From: Yuukianura sp. NJ FZ-2021
Lineage: Eukaryota
Direction of reading: 5' to 3'
DNA length: 64,000 nucleotides
Assembly: GCA_046563655.1 (NCBI GenBank)
Contig: CM102283.1
Coordinates: 1,736,001-1,800,000, forward strand
Positions within the stretch are counted from its first letter, which is position 1, and every line of letters starts with the position of its first letter. The notes under the pieces are model-generated. The model worked only from the letters and a program-made list of their open reading frames with translations. It did not search any database and had not been told where the DNA came from. The position numbers and the translations under genes are program-made. This document shows positions 63,213 to 64,000 of this stretch, piece by piece.

Positions 63213-63502
63213 CAGTAAATTTGACACATTATTATTCCAAGACATCCAGGAGTAGTGTAATCAATTACAACCAGATTACAGATTATTAATCTGTAATCTA
63301 TTTAAGAAACAGAAAATTTACATGACTGCGCCGATCCGATAAATAAACCGATAACCGATAAATAAATTTCATTAAATAAATTTCAATTCTAATCCAAACA
63401 CTATGATTAAGTAATTGAGATGCTCTGTTACCATGCAGAGAAAAAGCATCCACTTCTACCTGTCCTGGCAGGCCCATATCTCTTCTGTGGTTACCATGTA
63501 GA

Positions 63503-64000
63503 CTATTTCTTGTGATTCATTTTGACGAATAGACGCTGAGCTCTGTATATCTCGTCTTCTCCAAGTGCCGAATTCAGTGCGTCAAGTAGACGTTGTTCTT
63601 CGGGTGAAAGGTCAGCCCGTGGTGATGGCTGTGGCGGCGGAGGATGGACGGGCGATGGCGGAGGACGGACGAGTGATGGTGGAGGATGGATGAGTGATGG
63701 CGGAGGACGGTTGGCTTTGACCTCGGAGTGTGGCAGTGCTGGTGGTGGAGCGTCGACCGGTGGATTAGCTAAAACACTAAGATCCGCTGTTCGTTTGTTT
63801 TTGCTCGGTGCGCCCGGCTCTAAATTCGCAGTCACACGGGGTGGACAGGTAGAAGAGACAACTACCTGTAAAGTAGAAAAGCAGATTATGAACGCCCACA
63901 TGCCAAACTCAACTAACAAATATTGGTGTTCCTTTGACGGTGTCACTTACCTCAGCAGGCCTACCGTAACCACGATAACGTCGGACGCAGCCGCCTAATG
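63503..64000 (-). CDS. 3' end of a proline-rich protein of unknown function (partial)
   Basis: Exon >64000-63951 with a GTAAGT donor joins in frame to exon 63865-63503 (PPPSLIHPPPSLVRPPPSPVHPPPP..LSPEEQRLLDAL). Confidence 0.55.

Overview
Eukaryotic (arthropod/pancrustacean-like) genomic DNA with short AT-rich GT-AG introns; the species cannot be determined from the sequence. The left ~46 kb is a rearranged segmental duplication: block A (<1-~13,990) is a deletion-riddled copy of block B (~22,700-46,190). Each block carries secreted NIDO + Pro/Thr-rich + vWA genes, a 3' fragment of a TTLL9-like glutamylase fused to the C-terminal tail of a second para-type sodium channel, and a para/Nav gene. 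The Nav gene is a collapsed pseudogene in A and full-length with 27 exons in B. The B copy has an intact DEKA filter, a T929V-equivalent pyrethroid-site substitution and one apparent +1 frameshift in domain III. Between the blocks lie two CAP/SCP paralogs (one with an apparently transposon-derived intron), orphan vWA and carboxylesterase fragments, and a LINE/MITE nest. Many non-autonomous DNA transposons are present (Helentron/DINE-1-like, hAT, Tc1/mariner, Sola1-like), several with their empty site visible in the other block. The right 14 kb is a compact housekeeping cluster: an SLC25A32-like carrier with two alternative C-terminal helices, haspin, prefoldin 4, a short Ku80, TFIIF-beta, a PHOSPHO-type phosphatase and a partial Pro-rich gene. 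Exon boundaries were read by eye and family assignments are from recalled motifs, not database searches.
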